From assembly GCA_002269645.1 (NCBI GenBank), contig NIVC01001798.1, positions 1 to 64,000 on the forward strand: a stretch of DNA of 64,000 bases. The letters run 5' to 3'. Shown here in pieces: positions 34,323 through 46,238 of the stretch. Each line of letters opens with the position of its first letter. Positions within the stretch are counted from its first letter, which is position 1. The notes below the pieces were generated by a model. The model searched no databases. It was not told where the DNA came from and saw nothing but the letters and a program-made list of their open reading frames with translations. Source of the stretch: Macrostomum lignano (lineage: Eukaryota). Both the position numbers and the translations under genes were made by a program.

Positions 34323-37300
34323 GAAGGTGACGACATCCCACATTCCCAGCAACTGCAGTTTGGACAGTGCAATCTCTGCTCAAAGCGGTGAGTAAATGTA
34401 CATCAATGTACAGTATTACAATGTACAATGTACAATGTACAATGTACAGGAGCTAACCTTCCTGATAAAAAGTCGTTGAAAATTATGCAGAGTAATTAAT
34501 TGATCTTTTATCAATCTAGAATTATGATTGAGCATTAATCAAATATCAATCTGAAATCAATCCGACATCAATCTGACATCCATCTGATATCAATCTGACA
34601 TCCTGACTAAGCATCAGTCTGACATCATGGCTAAGCCTCAGTCTGACATCATGACTAAGCATCAGTCTGGCATCATCACTAAGCCTCAGTCTGACATCAT
34701 CACTAAGCCTCAGTCTGACATCATCACTAAGCCTCAGTCTGACATCATGGCTAAGCCTCAGTCTGACATCATGGCTAAGCCTCAGTCTGACATCATGACT
34801 AAGCCTCAGTCTGAAATCATCACTAAGCCTCAGTCTGACATCATGGCTAAGCCTCAGTCTGACATCATGGCTAAGCCTCAGTCTGACATCATGACTAAGC
34901 ATCAGTCTGACATCGTGACTAAGCCTCAGTCTGACATCATGGCTAAGCCTCAGTCTGACATCATGGCTAAGCCTCAGTCTGACATCATGACTAAGCATCA
35001 GTCTGAAATCATCACTAAGCCTCAGTCTGACATCATGACTAAGCCTCAGTCTGACATCATGACTAAGCATCAGTCTGACATCATCACTAAGCCTCAGTCT
35101 GACATCATGACTAAGCATCAGTCTGAAATCATCACTAAGCCTCAGTCTGACATCATGACTAAGCATCAGTCTGACATCATGGCTAAGCCTCAGTCTGACA
35201 TCATGGCTAAGCCTCAGTCTGACATCATGGCTAAGCCTCAGTCTGACATCATGGCTAAGCCTCAGTCTGACATCATGGCTAAGCCTCAGTCTGACATCAT
35301 GACTAAGCATCAGTCTGAAATCATCACTAAGCCTCAGTCTGACATCATGACTAAGCATCAGTCTGACATCATGGCTAAGCCTCAGTCTGACATCATGACT
35401 AAGCATCAGTCTGACATCATCACTAAGCCTCAGTCTGACATCATGACTAAGCATCAGTCTGAAATCATCACTAAGCCTCAGTCTGACATCATGACTAAGC
35501 ATCAGTCTGACACCTCGTGACTAAGCATCAGTCTGACATCATGACTAAGCATCAGTCTGAAATCATCACTAAGCCTCAGTCTGACATCATGGCTAAGCCT
35601 CAGTCTGACATCATGGCTAAGCCTCAGTCTGACATCATGGCTAAGCCTCAGTCTGACATCATGACTAAGCATCAGTCTGAAATCATCACTAAGCCTCAGT
35701 CTGACATCATGGCTAAGCCTCAGTCTGACATCATGGCTAAGCCTCAGTCTGACATCATCACTAAGCCTCAGTCTGACATCATGGCTAAGCCTCAGTCTGA
35801 CATCATGACTAAGCCTCAGTCTGACATCATGGCTAAGCCTCAGTCTGACATCATGGCTAAGCCTCAGTCTGACATCATGGCTAAGCCTCAGTCTGACATC
35901 ATGGCTAAGCCTCAGTCTGACATCATGGCTAAGCCTCAGTCTGACATCATGACTAAGCTCAGTCTGACATCATGGCTAAGCCTCAGTCTGATCATCACTA
36001 AGCCTCAGTCTGACATCATGGCTAAGCCTCAGTCTGACATCATGGCTAAGCCTCAGTCTGACATCATGGCTAAGCCTCAGTCTGACATCATGACTAAGCC
36101 TCAGTCTGAATCATCACTAAGCCTCAGTCTGACATCATGGCTAAGCCTCAGTCTGACATCATGGCTAAGCCTCAGTCTGACATCATCACTAAGCCTCAGT
36201 CTGACATCATGGCTAAGCCTCAGTCTGACATCATGACTAAGCCTCAGTCTGACATCATGGCTAAGCCTCAGTCTGACATCATGGCTAAGCCTCAGTCTGA
36301 CATCATGGCTAAGCCTCAGTCTGACATCATGGCTAAGCCTCAGTCTGACATCATGACTAAGCCTCAGTCTGACATCATGGCTAAGCCTCAGTCTGACATC
36401 ATGACTAAGCCTCAGTCTGACATCATGGCTAAGCCTCAGTCTGACATCATCACTAAGCCTCAGTCTGACATCATGGCTAAGCCTCAGTCTGACATCATCA
36501 CTAAGCCTCAGTCTGACATCATCACTAAGCCTCAGTCTGACATCATGACTAAGCCTCAGTCTGACATCATGACTAAGCATCAGTCTGACATCATGACTAA
36601 GCCTCAGTCTGACATCATGACTAAGCATCAGTCTGACACCTCGTGACTAAGCATCAGTCTGACATCATGGCTAAGCCTCAGTCTGACATCATGACTAAGC
36701 ATCAGTCTGACATCATGACTAAGCCTCAGTCTGACATCATGGCTAAGCCTCAGTCTGACATCATGACTAAGCCTCAGTCTGACATCGTGACTAAGCTCAG
36801 TCTGACATCATGGCTAAGCCTCAGTCTGACATCATGACTAAGCTCAGTCTGACATCATCACTAAGCCTCAGTCTGACATCATGACTAAGCATCAGTCTGA
36901 CATCATGGCTAAGCCTCAGTCTGACATCATGGCTAAGCCTCAGTCTGACATCATCACTAAGCCTCAGTCTGACATCATGGCTAAGCATCAGTCTGACATC
37001 ATGACTAAGCATCAGTCTGACATCGTGACTAAGCATCAGTCTGACATCATGGCTAAGCCTCAGTCTGACATCATGACTAAGCCTCAGTCTGAATCATCAC
37101 TAAGCCTCAGTCTGACATCATGGCTAAGCTCAGTCTGACATCATGACTAAGCATCAGTCTGATCATCACTAAGCCTCAGTCTGACATCATGGCTAAGCCT
37201 CAGTCTGACATCATGACTAAGCCTCAGTCTGACATCATGGCTAAGCCTCAGTCTGAATCATCACTAAGCCTCAGTCTGACATCATGGCTAAGCATCAGTC

Positions 37301-40300
37301 TGACATCATGACTAAGCATCAGTCTGACACCTCGTGACTAAGCATCAGTCTGACATCATGGCTAAGCCTCAGTCTGACATCATGACTAAGCATCAGTCTG
37401 ACATCATGACTAAGCCTCAGTCTGACATCATGGCTAAGCCTCAGTCTGACATCATGACTAAGCCTCAGTCTGAAATCATCACTAAGCCTCAGTCTGACAT
37501 CATGACTAAGCATCAGTCTGACATCATGGCTAAGCCTCAGTCTGACATCATGGCTAAGCCTCAGTCTGACATCATCACTAAGCCTCAGTCTGACATCATG
37601 GCTAAGCATCAGTCTGACATCATGACTAAGCATCAGTCTGACACCTCGTGACTAAGCATCAGTCTGACATCATGGCTAAGCCTCAGTCTGACATCATGAC
37701 TAAGCCTCAGTCTGAAATCATCACTAAGCCTCAGTCTGACATCATGGCTAAGCCTCAGTCTGACATCATGACTAAGCATCAGTCTGAAATCATCACTAAG
37801 CCTCAGTCTGACATCATGGCTAAGCCTCAGTCTGACATCATGACTAAGCCTCAGTCTGACATCATGGCTAAGCCTCAGTCTGAAATCATCACTAAGCCTC
37901 AGTCTGACATCATGGCTAAGCCTCAGTCTGACATCATGACTAAGCCTCAGTCTGACATCATGGCTAAGCCTCAGTCTGACATCATGACTAAGCCTCAGTC
38001 TGACATCATCACTAAGCCTCAGTCTGACATCATGACTAAGCCTCAGTCTGACATCATGGCTAAGCATCAGTCTGACATCATGACTAAGCATCAGTCTGAC
38101 ACCTCGTGACTAAGCATCAGTCTGACATCATGGCTAAGCCTCAGTCTGACATCATGACTAAGCATCAGTCTGACATCATGACTAAGCCTCAGTCTGACAT
38201 CATGGCTAAGCCTCAGTCTGACATCATGACTAAGCATCAGTCTGACACCTCGTGACTAAGCATCAGTCTGACATCATGACTAAGCATCAGTCTGACACCT
38301 CGTGACTAAGCATCAGTCTGACATCATGGCTAAGCCTCAGTCTGACATCATGGCTAAGCCTCAGTCTGACATCATGGCTAAGCATCAGTCTGACATCATG
38401 GCTAAGCCTCAGTCTGACATCATGGCTAAGCCTCAGTCTGACATCATGACTAAGCCTCAGTCTGACATCATGGCTAAGCCTCAGTCTGACACCTCGTGAC
38501 TAAGCATCAGTCTGACATCATGGCTAAGCCTCAGTCTGACATCATGGCTAAGCCTCAGTCTGACATCATGGCTAAGCCTCAGTCTGACACCTCGTGACTA
38601 AGCATCAGTCTGACATCATGACTAAGCATCAGTCTGAAATCATCACTAAGCCTCAGTCTGACATCATGGCTAAGCCTCAGTCTGACATCATGACTAAGCC
38701 TCAGTCTGACATCATGGCTAAGCCTCAGTCTGAAATCATCACTAAGCCTCAGTCTGACATCATGGCTAAGCCTCAGTCTGACATCATGACTAAGCCTCAG
38801 TCTGACATCATGGCTAAGCCTCAGTCTGACATCATGACTAAGCCTCAGTCTGACATCATCACTAAGCCTCAGTCTGACATCATGACTAAGCCTCAGTCTG
38901 ACATCATGGCTAAGCATCAGTCTGACATCATGACTAAGCATCAGTCTGACACCTCGTGACTAAGCATCAGTCTGACATCATGGCTAAGCCTCAGTCTGAC
39001 ATCATGACTAAGCATCAGTCTGACATCATGACTAAGCCTCAGTCTGACATCATGGCTAAGCCTCAGTCTGACATCATGACTAAGCATCAGTCTGACACCT
39101 CGTGACTAAGCATCAGTCTGACATCATGACTAAGCATCAGTCTGACACCTCGTGACTAAGCATCAGTCTGACATCATGGCTAAGCCTCAGTCTGACATCA
39201 TGGCTAAGCCTCAGTCTGACATCATGGCTAAGCATCAGTCTGACATCATGGCTAAGCCTCAGTCTGACATCATGGCTAAGCCTCAGTCTGACATCATGAC
39301 TAAGCCTCAGTCTGACATCATGGCTAAGCCTCAGTCTGACACCTCGTGACTAAGCATCAGTCTGACATCATGGCTAAGCCTCAGTCTGACATCATGGCTA
39401 AGCCTCAGTCTGACATCATGGCTAAGCCTCAGTCTGACACCTCGTGACTAAGCAAGAACCTCTCGAAATGATTTGCATGCTTTTTAGCTCATCAGGCCGC
39501 AGCACACGTTTAGCTACAGTTGCTCCAGTTGAGCCAGTGAGGGTTGTACTTTTATTTCGAACAGAAAAACACTCTACCAGTAGTTCAAAGCATATAAAAT
39601 TCAGGCCCACAATCTCACGGCTGCGGCCCGCTAACCAATAAATCGATATTGATGAAATGCGCTATACGCAGACACCGGTGCGGCTTGGTTGCTTTTTTTG
39701 CTCGAGCCGTCCCTGAGCTCTAGGCAAACTCTCATTCGCTATCCTACCCCTCTCTCTCGTGAGGGCCTCACTCCAGGACTCAGCTGGGTTAAACTGATCG
39801 CTCATTTCTACTTTCCTTTCCTATATGCATACATATATGTTTATAACAGCGCTGCAGAGTGTTGGCTGATAGCTAAAATACTATACACTGTATGCCGCAT
39901 ATGCATACGATATTATGCTACATCGAGATGCTGATGCCACAAATCCCTTAATGGCCATGGACGCGTTTGTTCGCCTTGCGTAGCGTAGCCTCCACTGTGA
40001 AAGTCTTTTTTGCTTCTGCTTAAAAAAGTGAAGAGAATGCGAGAGACGAGAGAGATGAGAGAGAGAGAGAGAGACTGAGAGAGAGAGACAGAACGCTCTT
40101 ACCACGTAACTTACACAGCCATAAAATTCCAGTCAAGACGAGAACAAGAAATTCGCTTCTTGACATCTGAAGCGCAATTCTGGGTTTAAACTTCTACCCT
40201 TTCATGGTAGGCTACCGTTCGGGATTATACAGTTTAATTCTTGAAATTCTGGACTGCTACTGTATCGCTACTGATGAGGAAGGAGGCTGAAACTAAATTA

Positions 40301-40836
40301 TCAAACATTAGTATCGGATATATGCATGTTGATAAAGATCAATATCACTTTTCTGCCCGAGAATCCGATGGTAAACTCTACGATTATGGCTCTGAACTAC
40401 ACTTGGCTCCTACATGCTACGAATGAAAAAATGTTGTATTTTGGCAATATCATGAAAAATGCCTTCTGTAAAGCTGCGAAACTTATTTATAGAAATATGC
40501 GAGCAATATCTTCGGATTGAAGCTTAAATTAATATCTGATATTAAATATCCGCAGGAGGGCTGTGGGGATCCTTGCGCAACACCTGCCCGTTTCCCGCTT
40601 CTGATCCTCAGGTAGAGCTGCAGTTTACAGCTCTGCGTAGACCGAGTAGTTTTGTTTGGTCAAGGGGTCGGCAAACTCCGACCGGGGAAGCCTCAAGGAC
40701 CACTAGAAGTTACTTTTGTAACGGTAACTTCTAGTTGTCCTTGGGAAGCCTCTCTATCCGGCCCGGCCCCCGGGTTCTTTGAAACTTTACAATAGCAATC
40801 CGACCCGCTCACGGTTTGTGTCTCTTCTCAGCTCTC

Positions 40837-40869
<33 letters not shown>

Positions 40870-43816
40870 ATCTCTTCTCTCCTTTCATCTCTCATCTCAT
40901 ATATTCTCTCATATTCTCTTTCCTCTTCTCTATTCCCTCTACTTTCCTGGCCTTTTCTAACCCTTGACGAAATTCACCTTCCTTCATCGGATAAGTCATA
41001 TTTTTGCTATATGGCCACCTTGAATGATGCTTCAAGCCATAAGCATGCATTGCTAATGCCAATAGAACTGTCAATCATAGTTCTCGATGCAATCGTCAGG
41101 TGTTTTTCTGACTATCGTTTTAATGTCTTTATTCATTTGGCTGAAGTTGAAAAAAGCACTTAGTTGGCTCCGGGGGACTAATAGAATGCCACTCATGTAA
41201 ACTATAAATCTACGATCTATTTCATCCTGTTTCACTCTGTCCCAAATGAAAAACGAAACAGTCCGTTAATGAGCCTTGTAGATTGATTGTAGATTATTCC
41301 GGTAATGAATTAAACGAACATTATTAAGCTTTGGGCTTGTTTGTAAATTCTACTCTGAATAGTTCTTTAGCGTGTGCTATGGCTCCTTTTAAATCGCATC
41401 TTTTATAGAGGCCGGGGGCTGTGTGCACCCTGACGCACTTTAAGCAACATTGTCACACAACCGGCGAGAGGCATTGCTGCCCATTCCGCCGACTCCCCTG
41501 AGCAGGCACACAAGCGTAAGGATACGTACGCAGTCATACGCACAGGCACACACTCACACAGGAGTGTACAGCGGCCCTAACTTTATTTATCGTTAGGCAT
41601 GTACACTTCACTGCGCCTTTGGGGTTGTCCCTCAATGACGTTAATTGAACGAGCCGAGCCAAGCCAAGATTCCAATTTATCCCCAAATTAATGTGACTGC
41701 ACTTGGAGTCGAGTCTGGACCGCTGGCTCACGAGAGCGCCGCGCTAGACCATTGGGCTAACGGCCCCATTTTCAAGTTTAAAACTTCGGAGATGACGCGA
41801 ACAAACAAATTCAATTCCATCAACCAAACAGCCTCTAAACTGAAACTTTTGCAGCCAAAAGTGGCGGCAGCATTCACGAAGTTCTGACCCGAACAAGGCA
41901 CGATTTGGTTCGACTCCGGTCGGAATTCGAAGCCCTGAGATCGTGCTACCGGCAGAGCCTTGTTGACGTGAGCCAAATGTTCGCTGAACAGCTCGCTTGT
42001 TTGAAGGTGAGACCGAGAAAAGCCTGGAATTGCCAACATTACCGGTTGAGTGGAGCTTGATTGCAGGAAGGCGTTTAAGGTGACATTCAAACAGCTTGGC
42101 GTTATACATGAACAATGGATCTGACTTTCTAAAGTGTACAAGTGTACACAAGGCGCCTCGGGAGAGGGGTGTCCCTAATAGGCAAGAGTCGCAAGTCAAG
42201 CCCCAGGAAAGCATTTTTGTGGCTGCTCACGGACGCATTGATCATTAAGCTGCTCTGCGCCTGCTTCCCACCAATTGAAAGCAAACTTTTCTTTTTTAAT
42301 TGAGTTCTTCACCATCCCGCAGAAGATGCAGAGCGGTGGCCAAGGTGCGGCACAGAATCACCACAATCACGCGCAACATCCGATGCATCTTCCGCTGCCG
42401 ATGCAGCAGGCTCATCCAACTCAGCAGCATCTGCAGTCGAAGCGGCGATCTCAGCTGCGCTCAACATTGCAATCCTACCGACAAGAGACTCAAGCAACGG
42501 AGCGTCAGTTAGCTGAGTTGGAACAATCTGTGGCAGCAGCAGCTGCAGCTAAGAACGCAACCAGCTCCCAGGCTGTTGAGAGAACCTGCAAGAGTCTGCA
42601 GGACTCGTTAGGCCAAGTAACCAAGTCGCTGATTGGAGCAAAGACAGTCTTTGAGGCCGAGATCAATCGCGGCGTTCGCGACTTAATTAGGGATGGATTT
42701 GAGGATGCCACCACAGCTGAGTAGTAAGGAATTCACCAGCCTATTATAAATGTATCAGGAATGTAAATAAAGCGTAGACTGTGGAAACACGCTGTAGAAG
42801 CGCTACAAATAGCATATAAATAGCCTTTCGCACCTATGGATGACACCTCTCAGACTTCTGTTTAACAGTCGCTTGAAAAGCAACATTGTTTTCTCTGCAG
42901 TTTCGTGAGCCAAGAGCCAACCCGACTGGAGCAGTGCTTTCAAAGATGCCACAAACTCTCGGACGCCATCAAATCGTTGAGGTACGTAGGAACTTAAAGA
43001 CACTTTTGCATTCAAAGCACGTAACAATTTTCAAAAGCTTTACAATGAATAATAATTAATGCTAGACGCAAACTGACTGAAATGTTCTCAAAACAGTCAG
43101 GTTGCACTCAAAGACACCGTCTAAATCCAGCCAGAAATTCCTTGAGGCATAATAATTTCAACATACACAGCTTTTAAAAATTGTACTTACAAATCAAAGA
43201 ACCTATATGAACCATCTTGCAGCACGTCCTCGGAGATGGCCAACTCCACTGGTGAAAGTCGACGCTTTTCGCCCATTAAGCAGCAGCAGCAGCAGCTCAT
43301 GAACCAGCTCAAGCCGGCCGAGGTGATGTACCATTCGCAGCCAGAGTTTCGTCCAGCTGGAATTTTTCAATCTCAGGTGAGATTTTTCTTTGCAATTTCC
43401 TGCTGCGACTAACAGTAATCGGCCGAGCTAATAAAACAATTAACTTTGAACGACAGCAGCCGCAGCAACAACCAGAGACGCTGCCTCCGCCGCCTCCACC
43501 GACGCAATCAACTCCAACGCCACCCAGAGTTCTGCCTAAGCCTGGCAGTCACGTGAATCCAACATACGATGAATATCTGCTGCCTCCACCGCCGCCACCG
43601 TCACAGCCAGCAATGCAGGCCTCTCATCTGACGCAGCTGCAGCAACCGCCAAGCCGGCCAATCAGGCAGCCAGGACGGCCTCAAGTTGCATTTAGCAACA
43701 CTGTCAAAGTGGACGATGGTAGCGAAGTTGTCCGACTGAACTGGCCAGACGAGGAGCTTCTCGACAGCGAGACAGTCGTTAGAAGGCCTCCCCCAACTAA
43801 AATAGTTTCTCAGCCC

Positions 43817-43856
<40 letters not shown>

Positions 43857-44248
43857 TGCAGCAGCGAACGCCGCCGCCACCACCGCCGCGAAAGTCGTCC
43901 GCGTCGACTTCGTCTTCGTCGCCACCGCCACCGCCGTTGTCTCTCACCGGGCCTGGCCAGAGACCAAGCGACTATGAGAACCTCGACATAGAATCGTTGA
44001 CCTCTCGACAGCAGTACCACGTGTTCGATATCGATCCGCCGCCAGCGCGCCAGAAACACCCGACAGCTCAGCAGATCAACGGGCAAGTGCAGCGAACGCC
44101 GCAGCACGACATCTGGCTTCGGCAGACGTCGTCAGCAGCACCGTCAGGCTACGGAAATCAGCACCTGCGCTCCAGGAGCGAGCCGGATGCGAGCAAAAGT
44201 GCTCAGCCGTTGTTTCAGCAGCGTCAGTCCAGTTCGCGTGCTAACTAA
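32749..44248 (+). CDS. Gln/Pro-rich coiled-coil adaptor resembling SRCIN1/KIAA1217 (Sickle tail, AIP3-like domain)
   Basis: Phase-consistent exons 32749-32935, ~33592-33799, 34233-34387, 40556-40611, 42323-42723, 42901-42981, 43223-43376, 43457-44248. The segment EYFVSQEPTRLEQCFQRCHKLSDAIKSL resembles the F-x-x-x-EP-x-(R/K)-L-(D/E)...R coiled-coil motif of that family as I recall it. Possible further exons at 44302-44353 and ~45205-45230. Exon structure is better supported than the family call. Confidence 0.55.
33050..33505. repeat. Degenerate GC-rich minisatellite (GGGCGCCCCTGTCTCTTGGT-like)
   Basis: Directly visible array in intron 1 of the coiled-coil gene. Confidence 0.85.
34545..39452. 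repeat. 24-bp minisatellite (CTAAGCCTCAGTCTGACATCATGG), ~4.9 kb, intronic
   Basis: About 200 units with a few recurring variants. Source of all KPQSDIM(A/T) and LSHDVRLR ORFs. Confidence 0.98.
40661..40775. mobile_element. Left end of a hAT-like (Charlie-type terminus) element hosting the 50-bp P MITE
   Basis: CAAGGGGTCGGCAAACT..CCGG..CGGCCCGGCCCCC resembles CAGGGGTCGGCAAACT hAT termini. No right end or TSD found. Confidence 0.35.
40694..40743. mobile_element. Minimal 50-bp P-type MITE
   Basis: 20-bp TIRs CAAGGACCACTAGAAGTTAC / GTAACTTCTAGTTGTCCTTG (1 mismatch) around a 10-bp spacer. Exact 8-bp TSD GGAAGCCT at 40686-40693 and 40744-40751. Confidence 0.88.
41400..41767 (-). mobile_element. 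tRNA-derived SINE copy, full length
   Basis: Reverse-strand head GGGCCGTTAGCCCAATGGTCTAGCGC (A box), GACTCGACTCC (B box), shared body, tail CCCCCGGCCTCTATAAAA. Confidence 0.88.
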
Positions 44249-46238
44249 CTACAAACACACCTTTATTAAAAAATCCAGTATTTTGACTAATTTTATTTCT
44301 AGCTTGTGATAATATTCTTGCCGAACAAAGAGTATCAAGACCTACCGCTATAGGTGAGCTTGTAACAAAAACTATTTTGGTTCGACTTCAATATGGGCTC
44401 AAATCCAAACTCAGTGAATTTTGTTCAAATTTAGTTCATCACGAAACTTGAAAAATAGCTTTTTGAACTTCAAAGCCGTTGAAAACTTTTTTAGATCTGT
44501 AATTCTAAAGGGAACAATTTACTAAGCCAGACTGACCAGAGAGCTTGATACTTTGAGAAAGGCTTCAAGTCCACTTCTGCTTACCTCGATCTGCTTTTCA
44601 TATTGTATAGCTAGTGCCTCGGAACAGATCTAGTGAGGATTTTCCGAAGCTGTTTTGGCGCACTGAATTCTTTTGAACTATGAGCAGTCCAGCAGGCAAA
44701 CTCTGCTTTAGTTTGAGACGAACTCGATCTATTTTTAAACTCGAAAAACCTGTTTATAACTCGTGATATTGGACCTATTGGCATTCGCTGACTGTGTAAG
44801 GTCAGGGAGGGGTCCCTGGCCTGGAGAAAATTGTGACACGGGTCCATGAGAATTGCCCGCAGACGCCGAATTTCTCCAGAATGGTAATTCCGATTTTGAC
44901 AAATTAATTATTCACTTTACTAGCTATATCTTAGAAAGCGAATTGGCCTGGGTTGGTAGATTGTCACATCCATGTCTCCAGGGCTCCCTGTTTAGGGTTT
45001 TTTTTGCTTTGTCAGCGTTGTGTAACAGTTATTATGCATTATGTACCTCTTTCGTTATTTTCTTCTGAAAACTTAATTGTTTTATTAACTACCAAAGCTT
45101 GTAGTTGGAACTTCCTTGAGCACTAAGCTGACAGAAGAAAAGATAACTCTAATGACGTCACATTAGGCTCATAGTTCAGATTTTTATTTCGCATCGAATC
45201 CCAGCAGATCGCCGGCAAATCTGCTGACAGAAAAAAATTCACATGGATGCGTTTATTCAAGCGTGACAACATCGAACAAAACATGATATGCTGATGTAGA
45301 ATGCCATTTTGTCAGTGTTTTTAAAATGAATTACGCCACAAGAATAATATTTTTCAGAGTATAACAGCAATTATTTGCATCCAATAAATCAACGATAAAT
45401 GCCGTCTGATTCCTCTGCTAATTAAAACAATGTAACAAACCTTCTTATATAGTATGCAGAGAATGAAATTTTCTATTTTTATTTTTTCCTCTAATTTAAA
45501 GAGTTATAATCTTTGAGACATATCTTTAGTAACTGTAAGTATAGTATTGCGTCAGCAGTAACTAATCCACCTTAATAGTACACAAGTTGAAGCCATTCAG
45601 TGTTATTAAAAGTACAAAGCTTGCAAGGAGAAGTTAAGAGCATGTGTGGTTGAAAGTGCTATAATTATCTGTGATGGCCCCCCATTTGAAACTGACATCA
45701 AAATCGACAGCATAAACATCGAAATTTTGTTCAACCCAAGGTTAGGATATGTTAGGAGAAGAGTTTAACAAAAAAGAAATTTGTGCAAAAAAATCACAAC
45801 AGCAGCTAAATGCCATCAGAATATAGTGGCGATATTCTATCGAAGGAAACGAGGTGTCCGTAAATAACACTAGGCCATTGTGAGCGCACAAAGGTCCTTT
45901 TATGACAGCATTTACCATGCAAAAAATAATCAATATCGAATGGATGCGCGCAAATGTTTAAAAGAAAAATGGGAACTGCAACAACATTCGCGGGACAATT
46001 ATCAACAGCTGTTCACCGCTTTGCGCACACGTGTAGACAGGTGCAATGCATAGTTTTAAAATCGTTACTTTTTCGCTGATAGACACTAAAAACACTTGAA
46101 AATACTTTAAAACTTTGCTGATTGACTGTGCCAGAATAGAAAATGTATATTTGGGAAGTTGTTCTCTATTAGAAAGAAATAGTCCGAGAGTTTGAATTGA
46201 CCCCGTACAAAACCATGACGAATAATTAAAATTGTTAA

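Noticed and set aside
34545-39452. KPQSDIM(A/T) and LSHDVRLR ORFs, or a CRISPR-like array
   Set aside because: These are contiguous tandem units with no unique spacers, in a eukaryotic intron with no cas genes. ORFs on both strands follow from the 24-bp period.
40270-40295. CTGATGAG..GAAAC as a hammerhead ribozyme
   Set aside because: Stem II has at most two weak pairs, and no stem I, stem III or NUH site can be formed.
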